Origin: Octopus sinensis
Taxonomy: Eukaryota
NCBI RefSeq assembly: GCF_006345805.1
Contig: NC_043006.1
Coordinates: forward strand, 3,348,001-3,412,000
Reading direction: 5' to 3'
DNA: 64,000 nucleotides
Below the pieces are notes generated by a model. That model made no database searches. It was given only the letters and a program-made list of their open reading frames with translations, and had not been told where the DNA came from. Made by a program: the position numbers and the translations under genes. Below, one piece after another: positions 27,093-39,068 of this stretch; the first letter of the stretch is position 1; every line of letters starts with the position of its first letter.

Positions 27093-27602
27093 TGATAGAT
27101 GGATGTATCATATATTATCAAACATAACATTCAGCAAAAAAAAACAAAAAAACAAAAAAAAAAACGGTAAAGGGTTCAGTCCTTTACAGGAGGAAATATT
27201 GTTCTGGCATCAAAAGGATTTGATCTCGGAAATACAAACGACAACAAAACTCCTACTGTTTAACCGATTAACATAAGCATCCTGTCAACGATCGCTGTTT
27301 AGAAAGTAAGACATGTAAGAGAGTCATTTATATAGAATTGATTCATACCGTCACATGCACGCACACACGCATACACCACATATTCACAAATGCGTAAACA
27401 TATATATATATATATATATTCCCAATCGTGCGCAGACGCAGAGAGACACGCGTCTATTCATACATTTAAATGTTATCATCGTCCTTGTGGTCGTTTTTAC
27501 CGCCTCCTTCTGCCGTCATCTTCATCATCATCATCATCATCATCATAACCACCATCATTATTACCAGTATCATCACCACCGCCATGATCATCATTTCAGA
27601 AT

Positions 27603-27768
27603 CGGTTTCAAATTTTGGCAGAAGGCAGCATGTTTGGGGGAGGGGATAAGTCGATTAAATTGACCCCAGTGTTCAACTGGTACTTATTTTATCGACCCCG
27701 AAAGGAAGAAAGGCAAAGTTGACCACGGCGGAATTTGAACACAGGGCGTATAGACCGACGAAACGCCT
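27603..27768 (-). mobile_element. SINE family A
   Basis: ctggtacttattttatcgaccccgaaagg...cggcggaatttgaac core. Confidence 0.8.
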
Positions 27769-28857
27769 CTTGATCCTCATTGTCATCACCATGACCTCAC
27801 CCACCATCGCCGTCATCATCGCCATAACAAACACTACTATCATTTCACTTCTCCTCATCGTCGCTATAATCATCATCATCATCGTCATTATCATCATTAT
27901 CATCATCGCCGCCGCCACCGCCGTCGCTGTCGTTGTCGTCGACCACTACCATCACAACCATCATGGTTACCATGTCCAGTACCACCAAGATCACCATGAC
28001 AACCACACCACCACCACCAACAACAACAGCAACAATACCACCACAACCATGAAGACCACCACCACCACCACCACCATCACTTCCACCACTATAATCATTT
28101 CGACAATCATTATCAGCATCATCACCATTATCATTGTTATGATTGACATTAAACAGGTAATATCACGATGACATCCCACACCACTATCATCATCACCACC
28201 ACATTTTCCTCCTCTCCTCCTTGTAGTTAACATCATCATCTTACCATCAACAGCAGCCACAGCAGCAGCATCAACGGTAACAGAGGCAGGAGCACCAGTA
28301 ACATCAGAAACAGACCTGATACAGCTTCTGCTGGAGAATAATCTAGATATAACAGGAAAATGAAGACGACGCAGAGTTTCTCTGACTCCTAAGTTGACTC
28401 TAGACTATATACTCCTTACTAATCTTAACCGAGTACTCCGAGCCATATATACTCGCACTTACATATATTACTAGTTATACACGCACGTATGTTATTTCTT
28501 TCTCTGTGTCTGATTATTGGATTGTTCTTTTTAACTATATTGTATTTCCATTACTTTTACTCCCACAGATACACAGAAGCTTGATGTTTCCGTCATCCAT
28601 AACGTGACCGAAGACAGGCTAGACTAGTTTCTGTGTTTACCAGAAACGAAAAATATTGAAGGATATGATAGAAGAACATGTAGACAAACAATAACAAATT
28701 TAATTATCTTGGAAGAGGTGCACTTAATTGCCTGCTAAATACATACACAAGCATATAAATATGTATTTATGTATTTAGAAAGCTATCTCCTTCTCTCTCA
28801 CTGCCACTCGTTCTCTCATTCTCTCTCTCTCTCTCTCTCTACTCTCTCTCTCTCTCT

Positions 28858-28901
<44 letters not shown>

Positions 28902-29229
28902 TATGTACACACACATACATACATAAATACTTATATACACACATTACATGCATACATACATGTATACATACATACATACTTACATACATACATACATATA
29001 TGTATACATACATACATAGATACAAACATACATACATTACATGTATACACTCCCATATAGACACGTTAATGGGGAACGAGAACATGACTCCTCAACGACC
29101 GATTGAAAGGCGCAGAGTCTTTCCAACTGTAGTTCAACATATTGAATAAATTCATTTTATGACTTTTATTATACATCCTGACCACTGGTAATAAATTACT
29201 TGATAATTTTTTACCCTTATATTTATCGT

Positions 29230-29266
<37 letters not shown>

Positions 29267-29289
29267 GTGTGACACACACATACATAAAT

Positions 29290-29652
29290 TCTGACGTTGA
29301 TGGTTAGTAAGCCGAAACTTGAAGTCACTGCCAATATTTACCCCCTTTCAGAGCAACACTGAGAGACACTATTCACTCTCACTTATAGATGATGGAACTA
29401 AACTTGCTAAGAAAATAGGCATTAAAACACAAAGGGAAGCGAAATGAAACGGCATCGCTCATGTCAAAATACTACCATATATGTCAACTCACAACCCTAG
29501 AAATTATGAGACATATTACACTATTGTACAAAATCTACCAAAGCTCCCTAGGGATTCAGAAGTGCAAAGCAAACTGAAAACACATAAAGTCATCAAGTGC
29601 AAAAAAACAACCCAAATAGCTGAAAAGACTACTAACAATGCAAAGATTCAAT

Positions 29653-29660
<8 letters not shown>
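29290..29660 (+). pseudogene. Penelope-like element fragment (RT thumb/linker) with a decayed hammerhead remnant upstream
   Basis: Translates ...GTKLAKKIGIK...ILPYMSTHNPRNYETYYTIVQNLPKLPRD..KLKTHKVIKCKK, resembling the PLE THNP..RQP.NLK linker; gatggttagtaagccGAAAC at ~29293-29317. Confidence 0.6.
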
Positions 29661-29724
<64 letters not shown>

Positions 29725-30007
29725 AAATATTGGGGCTTAGTTCACAGGTGATCTAAACGACAAGGTACGCTGGGTAAGTGCTGCAACGGATTACCAGGGC
29801 TCCGAGATCATAGCCGAGACGGGAGTTATGGAACCATTGTAGACTTCCGATGTAGCGGATATATAATTGTTAAAGACGACAACAAACGCTAAGGCAAGAC
29901 ATACATCTCGAGTCATATATGTTATTATTATTGGAAAAAAGTTTCCAGATGGTTCCAATAATAATAACGTATATAATTTGAGATGTTTGTCTCAAATTAT
30001 ATACAAT

Positions 30008-30166
30008 TTTCGTCTGCCGCTACGTTGTGAGTTTAAATTCCGTCGAAGTCGACTTTGCCTTTCATCCTTTCGGGGTCGATAAATTAAGTACCAGTTGAGT
30101 AGTGGGGTCGATGTGCTCGACTTACCCAAATCTCAGCCCTTGTGCCTATAGTTGAAAGGATTATTA
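30008..30166 (+). mobile_element. SINE family A
   Basis: gtcgactttgcctttcatcctttcggggtcgataaattaagtaccagtt core. Confidence 0.8.
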
Positions 30167-30275
30167 AAGTAAGCAGTTAAGTTTTATAGGCAGCATCTGT
30201 AGGGGACCATATGTGTGTGTCTTATTGTGTGTGTGTGTATCTCTGTGTCTTCTTGTGTCATTTTGTGTGTGTGTA

Positions 30276-30330
<55 letters not shown>

Positions 30331-30779
30331 AAAACAAGTAGTGTTACGTTGACCTCAGTAATTGTTTGTAAAATTGATGTAATCAGTAATTGATAAGCTA
30401 CACAGCTGTCATGCTCTCCATGTTTTTGTCTCCGGTCATCAACCTGTGATCAACAATGTCATCATTTCTACTATTACAAACACATTATACTGCAAGTCTT
30501 CACTCACTGCTCATTGTCATATTGCTTTATGGCTTTACTTGTTAGCGTCTTGGCTTGTTCATCTTGTGGATTTGTTTTCGTTGACATTGCCTTCACCTCA
30601 TTCTCCTTCGTCCGTGTCTCCTCCTCCTCCTCCTCCTCCTATTCCTTCTTCTTCTTCTTCTTCTTCTTCTTCTCGTATGTGTGCGTATTTATATATCTCT
30701 GCATACATATTGACACACAAATACATATACACAATTATACATACATCCATACATCACAGACACATAAATGTATATATAT

Positions 30780-30790
30780 CTATATATCTA

Positions 30791-30867
<77 letters not shown>

Positions 30868-31252
30868 GAACCCAGAAATCGAAAACAGAGAGTTGCTTAT
30901 TTGCAAAAAAAAAAAAAAAAAAAAAAATAAAATGTGACTTCATTGACCGAGGTTACCGTGGTCTTTTCCGTAGGCTTTTCTTTCCACGGGTAAACCTCAC
31001 CTGTCCTCCCCTTTACACTTCATATTGACATTTCTGTGATAACGATCCCTATTGATCAATTTTTTTTCCTCTCCCCCCCCTTTTTTTTTTAACCCCCCTT
31101 TTTTTGTCCTCTTTCTCTCCTTTTACGATCCCTTTTGATCGAAACTCCCCCTTCCTTTTTTTTTTTTTTTTTTTTTTAAACCTTCAAAAGAAAAGCTCTA
31201 CCTTGTAATTTGTTCTATCTGTGTGCAGCCCTGTGTGGCTAATAAAGAAACA

Positions 31253-31301
<49 letters not shown>

Positions 31302-31326
31302 GTCTATCTATATGTCTATCTATCTA

Positions 31327-31365
<39 letters not shown>

Positions 31366-31370
31366 GTCTG

Positions 31371-31421
<51 letters not shown>

Positions 31422-31453
31422 GTCTGTCTGTCTGTCTATCTGTCTGTCTATCC

Positions 31454-31495
<42 letters not shown>

Positions 31496-31500
31496 ATATC

Positions 31501-31574
<74 letters not shown>

Positions 31575-31575
31575 C
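30780..31575. repeat. (TATC)n/(TGTC)n arrays split by a ~385-bp insert (30867-31252)
   Basis: TATC arrays at 30780-30866 and 31253-31575; the insert ends AATAAAGAAACA directly before the repeat. Confidence 0.85.
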
Positions 31576-31719
31576 ATACACATATATATTATATATATAT
31601 GCATACATATATACCTACATAAACAATACACACATTATATACGTATATGTACAAACATATACATGAGTCTCTTTCTTTCTCTCTCCCTCTCTCTTTCTCT
31701 CTCTCTCGTCCTCTCCGCT

Positions 31720-33150
31720 CAGCCACCACCCCTACAGCTTCCATAGAGGCAGATCCACCGGAGATCTACTCTTTTTAGTTCATTTTCCAGTAAACCCTCG
31801 CTTTGGAAACGTTCGGTGAAGTCGAAGTTCTTGCCCCAGACATCAACAAACCTTTGACTGTGTCTGGAATTCGAATCTCTTATCAATTCTGCTCCCCTTC
31901 GGATTCCACCCATCTATTATCGTTTACATTGCTATCAACTCGTTCCATTACAGAAGGTAATCATGGGATTCTTTCTGCCTCCAATCCTCTCAATCAATTC
32001 TGTTCAGTTTTGTCACTCATTACCTTCTTTCTGTCCACCGAGAATCCACTTACCATCACATCCATCAATGGCTATTCTTACGCAAATGATGATACATTCT
32101 TTCATTGCTCCTTAACTTTTTCCGACTATGGTTTCACACAAAACCTGGACATCACAAACGAAAGTGCATTGAATTCATGAATGGAAACTTTGAGAGCTTT
32201 CTCCAATAGAGGTATGCCGGCCTTGTCTATATAGTAATAAAAGAAAAACCCTCAAACACTAAACCGTATCAAGAAAACGTCACTACGCTACACTCTATTA
32301 AGCATAAGCGGCACTCATACAAATCCTTCACGATTACTTCAACTGTTGGGTCTGACTATCACCAAGGCAAAAGGATATTTTAAGCATCTGGAGCCTTGCT
32401 CCAAAGACTGGAACTCCTCTTCAGGTCCAAGAAATATTTCATTTCAACAAACCTGCTGACACTCTAAAATGCAGCAGTGAACTGCTCCCAGAGTGGATCA
32501 CTGTTCTATCATCTGAAACTGTGATGTTCCTACACACATAGACATGCTGGACCGCATCCAAGGAAAGCCAACTCGAGTGACCGACATTAAAGTGGAGGCA
32601 CGTGGCTTACTGGTTTGAGTGTTGGACTAATGATCGTAAGGTTGTGGTTTCGAGTCCTGGGCCGGACTATCCGTTGTGTACTTGAGCAAAACACTTCATT
32701 TCACGTGGCTTCAGTCCACTCAGCAAGCAAAAATAAGTAATCCTGCAACGGACTGGTGTCCCGTCCAGGTGGGGAATTTATATGCCATGGAAACCGGAAA
32801 ACCAGCCCTTATGGGTCGGTATGACTCGAGAAGGTAACCTTTACCTCTACCTTTACTGACATTAAATCATTAACGGACACGCTCCTGTCACCGCTCCGCA
32901 GAGATGCTGTCCTATATCGATGCCTTTCTGTCTCTTTCGCTACAATCTCCGTTCCTCGAAGATATATGGTCTTTTGCTTTCACTAATCCGGCACTCACTC
33001 ATCTCTCTACCTCTCATCCTTTTGTTTCGTCTACACCTTCAAGCATCACACTGACCATAAATTCACAGTTCTTCTTTCCCAGAACATCGACCCTCAGCTA
33101 TATTCTCCCTACTCGTTTCTTTCCAACAGGGTGTTGATCTGTAACAGCAT
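31720..33150 (+). pseudogene. Highly decayed CR1/L2-group LINE RT and C-terminus, interrupted by a SINE
   Basis: Frameshifted remnants RSTGDLL, D(I)NK(A)FDCVW, YSYANDDT, and SFFPRT near 33070. Confidence 0.65.
32592..32857 (+). mobile_element. tRNA-derived SINE with a 9-bp TSD
   Basis: GACATTAAA at 32583-32591 and 32858-32866; head gtggaggcacgtggcttactgg...ggtttcgagtcc; (CTTTAC)-like tail. Confidence 0.85.
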
Positions 33151-33589
33151 AAACACGACCTTGATGACATCAAACACGCCCCAGTCTTGGGAGGCCTACA
33201 ACGGTCACAGGCATTGCCGCTTCCTCCAGACTCCGCCAAAGAACAAACTTTCCGTTTCAGCCATTCTCCTTCATCATCGTCGTCGTCGGTGGCGGCGGTG
33301 GAGCGATGGTGGAGGCGGAACCTTCTCTACTCCTCCTATTCTTCCTCGTCACTCTTCCCTTTTTTTTCCCCCTTTTTGCCTACGCATTTTCTCAATAAGT
33401 TTTTCGGTTGTTTTCAGTTCGGGAGAGGGTTCCGCTTGGTTTCAAAGTTTGAAAGATATAGTGCATCCTTGAAACACATATATACACATTTATACATGCA
33501 CACACACGTCTATACATCCTCGCATACACCCATATTCAGAAAGGCAAGCACACGTACGCACATATATATCTGTATATATACACTCATGC

Positions 33590-33990
33590 TTTATGCTTCC
33601 CAGCCACATGGTTCCAGGTTCGCTACCTCTGCATGACACCATGAGCAAGTGTCATCTATTATAGCCCCGGGCCAACTACAGCCTTATAAGTGGATACGGT
33701 TGATGGAAACTGAAATAGGCTCGTCGCGTAAATACGTATGTGTATGTGTGTGTATATATGTGTATGCGTGTGTTTGTGTGTGTAATACACACATACACAC
33801 ACATACACACACATATGCACGTATGCATGTGTGTGTGTATCAGTGTTTGGTCTCCAACACCACTCGACAACAGTTTTTAATTCGTTTACGTCATCGTAAT
33901 ATATCGGTTCACTTGGAAGCAACCGATAAAATAGGTTTAGGGCTTAAAACATAACTCCTGGGGCCGATTAGTTTGACTAAAACTTTCATG
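33590..33990 (+). mobile_element. SINE family B
   Basis: ggttccaggttcgc...catgagcaagtgtc...gatggaaactgaa and the family 3' region. Confidence 0.7.
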
Positions 33991-34158
33991 GCAGAAACAG
34001 ACACACATAAACACGCATAAACAGACACACATATAATCTCTATTTAACACAAGTACATACACACAAGATTCTTTTGCCTCGGTGCTTATTTGTTCATCTG
34101 ATTGTCGGTGTCTTTCTGTGCGCGTTTGTTCACTTGCGTGCTTATATAGGCACAATTA

Positions 34159-34202
<44 letters not shown>

Positions 34203-34354
34203 TGTATACGCATGTGCACATACATGTATGCCAGCAAGTTTATAACATTCACACTATTGTATTCAGCTTATTTGATAAATATGCTTTTTCGTTTCAAGAG
34301 ATGACGAATAATTCAAAAACTTCCTGAAATAACAACAACAACAACAATAATAAT

Positions 34355-34407
<53 letters not shown>

Positions 34408-34757
34408 TCACTATTGTTTTTTTATTTTTCATTTTCTATTTCAAATTTATACATTTTTCTGGCGTTTTTCTTTTTTGTTTATCATTTCGTTTTAATTTTG
34501 TTAAATGTTTAGATACAATTGTTTCTTTTTCTTTTTATTTGTGTCTAAAATGCAATTGTCTTCGTTTATTTCTTTTATTTCACTTTATTATTTGGTTGCT
34601 TTATTTGCTTTGTTCTTTTTTTTTACTTTTTGGGCTTTTTGTTTTGTTTCGCTTTTTTTTTTATTTTCACTTTCTGTTTTGAGGTTGTTACGAAACGGTT
34701 TTCTCTGTTTCTTATGTAAATAAGAATAACCAGAGCGTGATTAAACTGGAACAATAA

Positions 34758-35177
34758 GGATGGAGGAGGAGGAGGGGGAGGAGGAGAAGAAGAAGAAGAA
34801 GAAGAAGAAGAAGAAGAAGAAGAAGAAGAAGAAGACGACAATGACGCTAAGTGAGAGGGCGGAGGAGTAGACCAGGGTTTGTGTGGAGAATGAAAGTTGA
34901 GACAGACAGAAAAGAAAGAAAACTTAAAGATTAATGAAAGGAAGAAAGGGTAAAAGTTATGAAAGAAAGAAAGAAGGAAAGAAAGAAAGAAAATAAATAA
35001 AAAACAAAGAAAGAAAGAAAGGAAATGATAAAAGTGAAAGAAATAAAATAAATGTTTAAAAAGTGCGAAAGAAGAAAATAATTAAGAAAAGCTGCTGCAA
35101 GTTTTATAGAAAGTAACTTGAATGAAGTTTTGGAATGAGAGGAATGAAAGAAGTAAAGAAGGGAAGAGAAAGAGTGA

Positions 35178-35230
<53 letters not shown>

Positions 35231-36360
35231 AATGAAAGACATGATGAAATGAAGAAGAATGAGAGAAACAAAATGAATGAAAGATAGAATGAAAGAAGGA
35301 AAGGATAAATGAAAGAATGGAAGAATGGAAGAGAAGGGAAGAGAAGAAAGAATTAATGAAATAGAAAGAAAAAAACTAACAAACAAACAAAAAAGAAAGA
35401 AAGAAAGAAAGAAAGAATAAATTAATGAAAGAAAGCTTGATTAATGGAAGTAATCAGGACTGAAAATGCATAGACACAGAGAAACGGAGAGGAATGATAT
35501 CAAGTATTCGAGGGTTTAGAGAGATGGAGAGAGAGGAAGAAGGAGATGAACAACATCAACACCGAGAGCAATAACCACCACCACCACCACCACCACCAAC
35601 GCCAATACCGTTACCACTAGCACCACCCCCACCATCGCCACCACCACCACCACCACCACCACGAATATGGAGCAGACAGAAGAATTTGGCAGGCATACAA
35701 AACAAACATTGTGATAAGGCTGCCATTAGGCTTGCATGCAGAACTGAGCATTTTTATTCCATACCACCCGCCATCCCCCCACCCGCCATCGTCACCTCTA
35801 CTCCCACCACCATCACCGCCACCATCGCCTCTGCCACAATCAGCATCACCACCTCACTGGCTACCACCCTAACAATACTATCACCTACACTTCACCGGCT
35901 GTCTTCATTACCTCCGCCATCACCAGTTCCACACTCCCTCCACAGCCATCACAATATCACCATCCACCATTAGCAACGCCAGAGCCAGAGCCATTCCCTA
36001 GCACTAACACTACAACTTCACCGGTTACCACCAACGCCAATACCACAACTACCACTAGCATCATCACAACTACCATTTTTTTCATCCCTATTAGCACCAG
36101 CATCACAAATTCACCGGCTACCACTACTACCAACGCCAATACCACAACTAATACCAACATCACAGTCTCGCCAGTTGTATCAACACTACCAATTTCACCA
36201 GAACTAGCACCAACACCACAACTTCATCAGCCACCACTTCCAACACCATCGCTACCATTTTCCCCAATACTACCACCAACTCCAATATCACAACTACCAC
36301 CTCACTGGCTACCACCACCAATATAATCAACACTACAACTACTACTACTACTACTACTAC

Positions 36361-36395
<35 letters not shown>

Positions 36396-36396
36396 A

Positions 36397-36440
<44 letters not shown>

Positions 36441-36860
36441 AGACTACCACCATCACCATAATAGCTTCACTGGAGCTACCACATTAACACCAATTCTACC
36501 ACCAGCACCGTCTACCACCACAGCTACTGCCATATTATCCATCATGTTTCACTGTAACTCTTTCCGCGACCCCTATTTCCACTACCACCGCAACCATCAC
36601 CAATTGACACTCCACCCCGACATTCACCATCACCACCACCACTACCAGCAACAACACAACCATCACCACCTCAGCCATCACCATCTGGCACTCTACACTG
36701 CAGCCCCTACAGTCGCCACCACCACCACCACCACTAACGTCTCCACCATCGTCCCACCATCAAAACCACCATAACCGTCACTATTCGACAATACCCATCA
36801 CAGCCCCTACAGTAATCATCACCACTCCTACCACTACCCACTGCCACGGCTTCCTTCCTC
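34758..36860. repeat. Low-complexity block: (GAA/GA) purine tract, then (ACC/ACT/AGT)n tracts
   Basis: Direct reading. Confidence 0.9.
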
Positions 36861-37958
36861 ACCGAGACACAAAGTAAGTCAGATGATGTTGGCTGTTCAT
36901 TTCCTTATTGAGTTAATACAAACAAGAGAATTTGCCAAAGAGAATGCTTCTTCACCACAATTACAAATCCAGCTAACAACAACAACCACAACAACAACAA
37001 CAAAATAAATAAATAAATAAATAAACGCCAACAAAGTTACAAAAAGCGGGTGGAGGATAAATATAAATAAAAGAAGGTGAATATAAAAAAAAAATATAAA
37101 ACTAACAAATAATAATCAAAAAACCATAAAACTAACGAAATATATCAAAATAAAATGAATCATTCTGCACTGAAAAATTTCAGTTTCTTAAAAATAATAA
37201 AATATATAAAAATAAAGAAATAAAATTAATTTCTCATTTGATGCTAAACTACTTGGAAATAACGCTTGTTTAGGTGTGTGTCTTAATAATTTCGAATTTC
37301 AGTTTTGTTTATATATTTTAATTTTTTTTTATTTTCGTGTTTTTTTCCATTCCTTTTTCTCTGCTCTTCCACCCTCGTCTACTTAATTTGTGTATGTATG
37401 TATGTGTGTGCGTGTGTGCGTGCGTGTGTGTGTGTGGTCTTAGTTTGCTTTTATTTGTTCTTATTGTTCTCCTTTCTACAATTTATTAAATTTACACACT
37501 TCCTCATTTCCTCCTCATCTCACGTTCTAAACTGTCCCCCCTTTCTTCTCCACCGCCTCCTCCTCCTCCTTGCCTTCTCATCTTTCACCACCCTATGTCA
37601 TTGGCAAAAGCTGTTAATTCTACTTATCTAAGGCTTCGAGTTTCGTTTAAGAGATTCCCAAATAGTGCAATGATCGAATGACTGGACAACGTCCTGCAGT
37701 TCTTCATATTTCTGTCGTGATTGTTTATCCTCGAAGAAGGCATGCTTCGATCGCGTTATCATTAACTGAATCACTTAACTCTTGTTCGTTAAGACTCTCT
37801 GTGATATTCATTGACAGTCAACCCCATAATCTATTGGAGTTGTTTCGAACCTCGTAGAAGACTTTCTTTCTGTGTAGTGTCATGTAACTTATCAAACACT
37901 GACGAGTGCTATGCACAATACTTTTCACCGTTGACTCACTCTTAAATTTCTACTGATT

Positions 37959-38021
<63 letters not shown>

Positions 38022-38024
<3 letters not shown>

Positions 38025-38565
38025 CATGGCTGCTCTCGATTATTGGGATCGCCTTAAAGCCTTGAAACTTTACTCCCTCCAGCGTCGCCGTGAGCGGTAC
38101 ATCATTTGTACGATGTGGAAAATATACCGCCAACTTTGCCCAAACGACCTAAACATTAGCTTCAAGGTTCATCCGAGACTTGGACCACGGGCTATACGTC
38201 CCCTGCCAAATTCAAGATCACAACATACATGTACACTGCAACATAATTTCTTTTCCTCAACAGGCCCTGCCCTATTTAACATTGTCCCGAGGGAGATCAA
38301 AGAGGAAAAGGATCCCATCAACTTCAAACAGAGTCTGGATAGATTCCTTCAAAGAATACCAGATAAGCCACCCATAATTGGATACAACTCACCCAACAAG
38401 AACTCACTACTTGAACAAAACTGGATACAACTCACCCAACAAGAACTCACTACTTGAACAAAACTTGACTTAAACAGGATTCGAATAATCATATCAGGTG
38501 GTGCTATTAAGTTAGACATGGCCTGGACCAATCTCTGGTCGAAACATATCTAAGTTTTTATCTAA

Positions 38566-38570
<5 letters not shown>
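38022..38570 (+). mobile_element. CR1-group LINE 3' terminal fragment inserted at (TA)n
   Basis: ORF 38026-38457: LDYWDRLKALKLYSLQRRRERY...GPALFNIVP...FKQSLDRFLQRIPD; ~43-bp internal tandem duplication (~38380-38465); (ATCTAAGTTTT)2 tail. Confidence 0.85.
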
Positions 38571-38600
<30 letters not shown>

Positions 38601-38884
38601 CAAATAAGACTGAGAAAGAGCTAAGCACACTTTTAGTACCGGTTACAGTTATTTCAGTTCGACTCCGTTTTAACGACTAAAACGAAGATAATTTCGTGTG
38701 AAAAGTTACGTAACATTTGCTGGGTTTTACATTAGAAAGTCACTTCATCAGACTTGCATGTATATATACATGTAGATGTAGGTACGTACATACATGTATG
38801 TATATATGCATATGTTTTATCTATTAATTTGTTATTATACAACAGAACGCACGCATCCATTTCTAAGTAAGTTTGTTCTTTATT

Positions 38885-39066
38885 TTTTTCCTTCTGTCTT
38901 CCCTTCTCTGGATCTTTCCTTCTCCTATGTTTCCGACGAAGAGCTCCGCTCGAAACGTTAAACCCACCTTCTTTCCTTCTTTCCTGAGCGTCCAATAATA
39001 CTATATTTGTTCCACGTCCTCGCGTCGTTGTGTTTTTTTTGTGCTTTCTTGTTTGGATTAACTATA
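38885..39066 (+). mobile_element. Solo PLE pseudo-LTR with hammerhead motif (38929-38963, CCGACGA core)
   Basis: GTTT-CCGACGA-a-GAGC(tcc)GCTC-GAAA-CGTT-AAAC; same family as 54093-54300 and 62327-62533. Confidence 0.8.
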
Positions 39067-39068
39067 TA

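Noticed and set aside
38680-38760. Additional hammerhead on the minus strand (CTGATGA...cacacGAAA); similar partial motifs near 4730, 28605, 41660 and 47985
   Set aside because: Stem III, cleavage triplet or stem I cannot be formed; at most decayed remnants.
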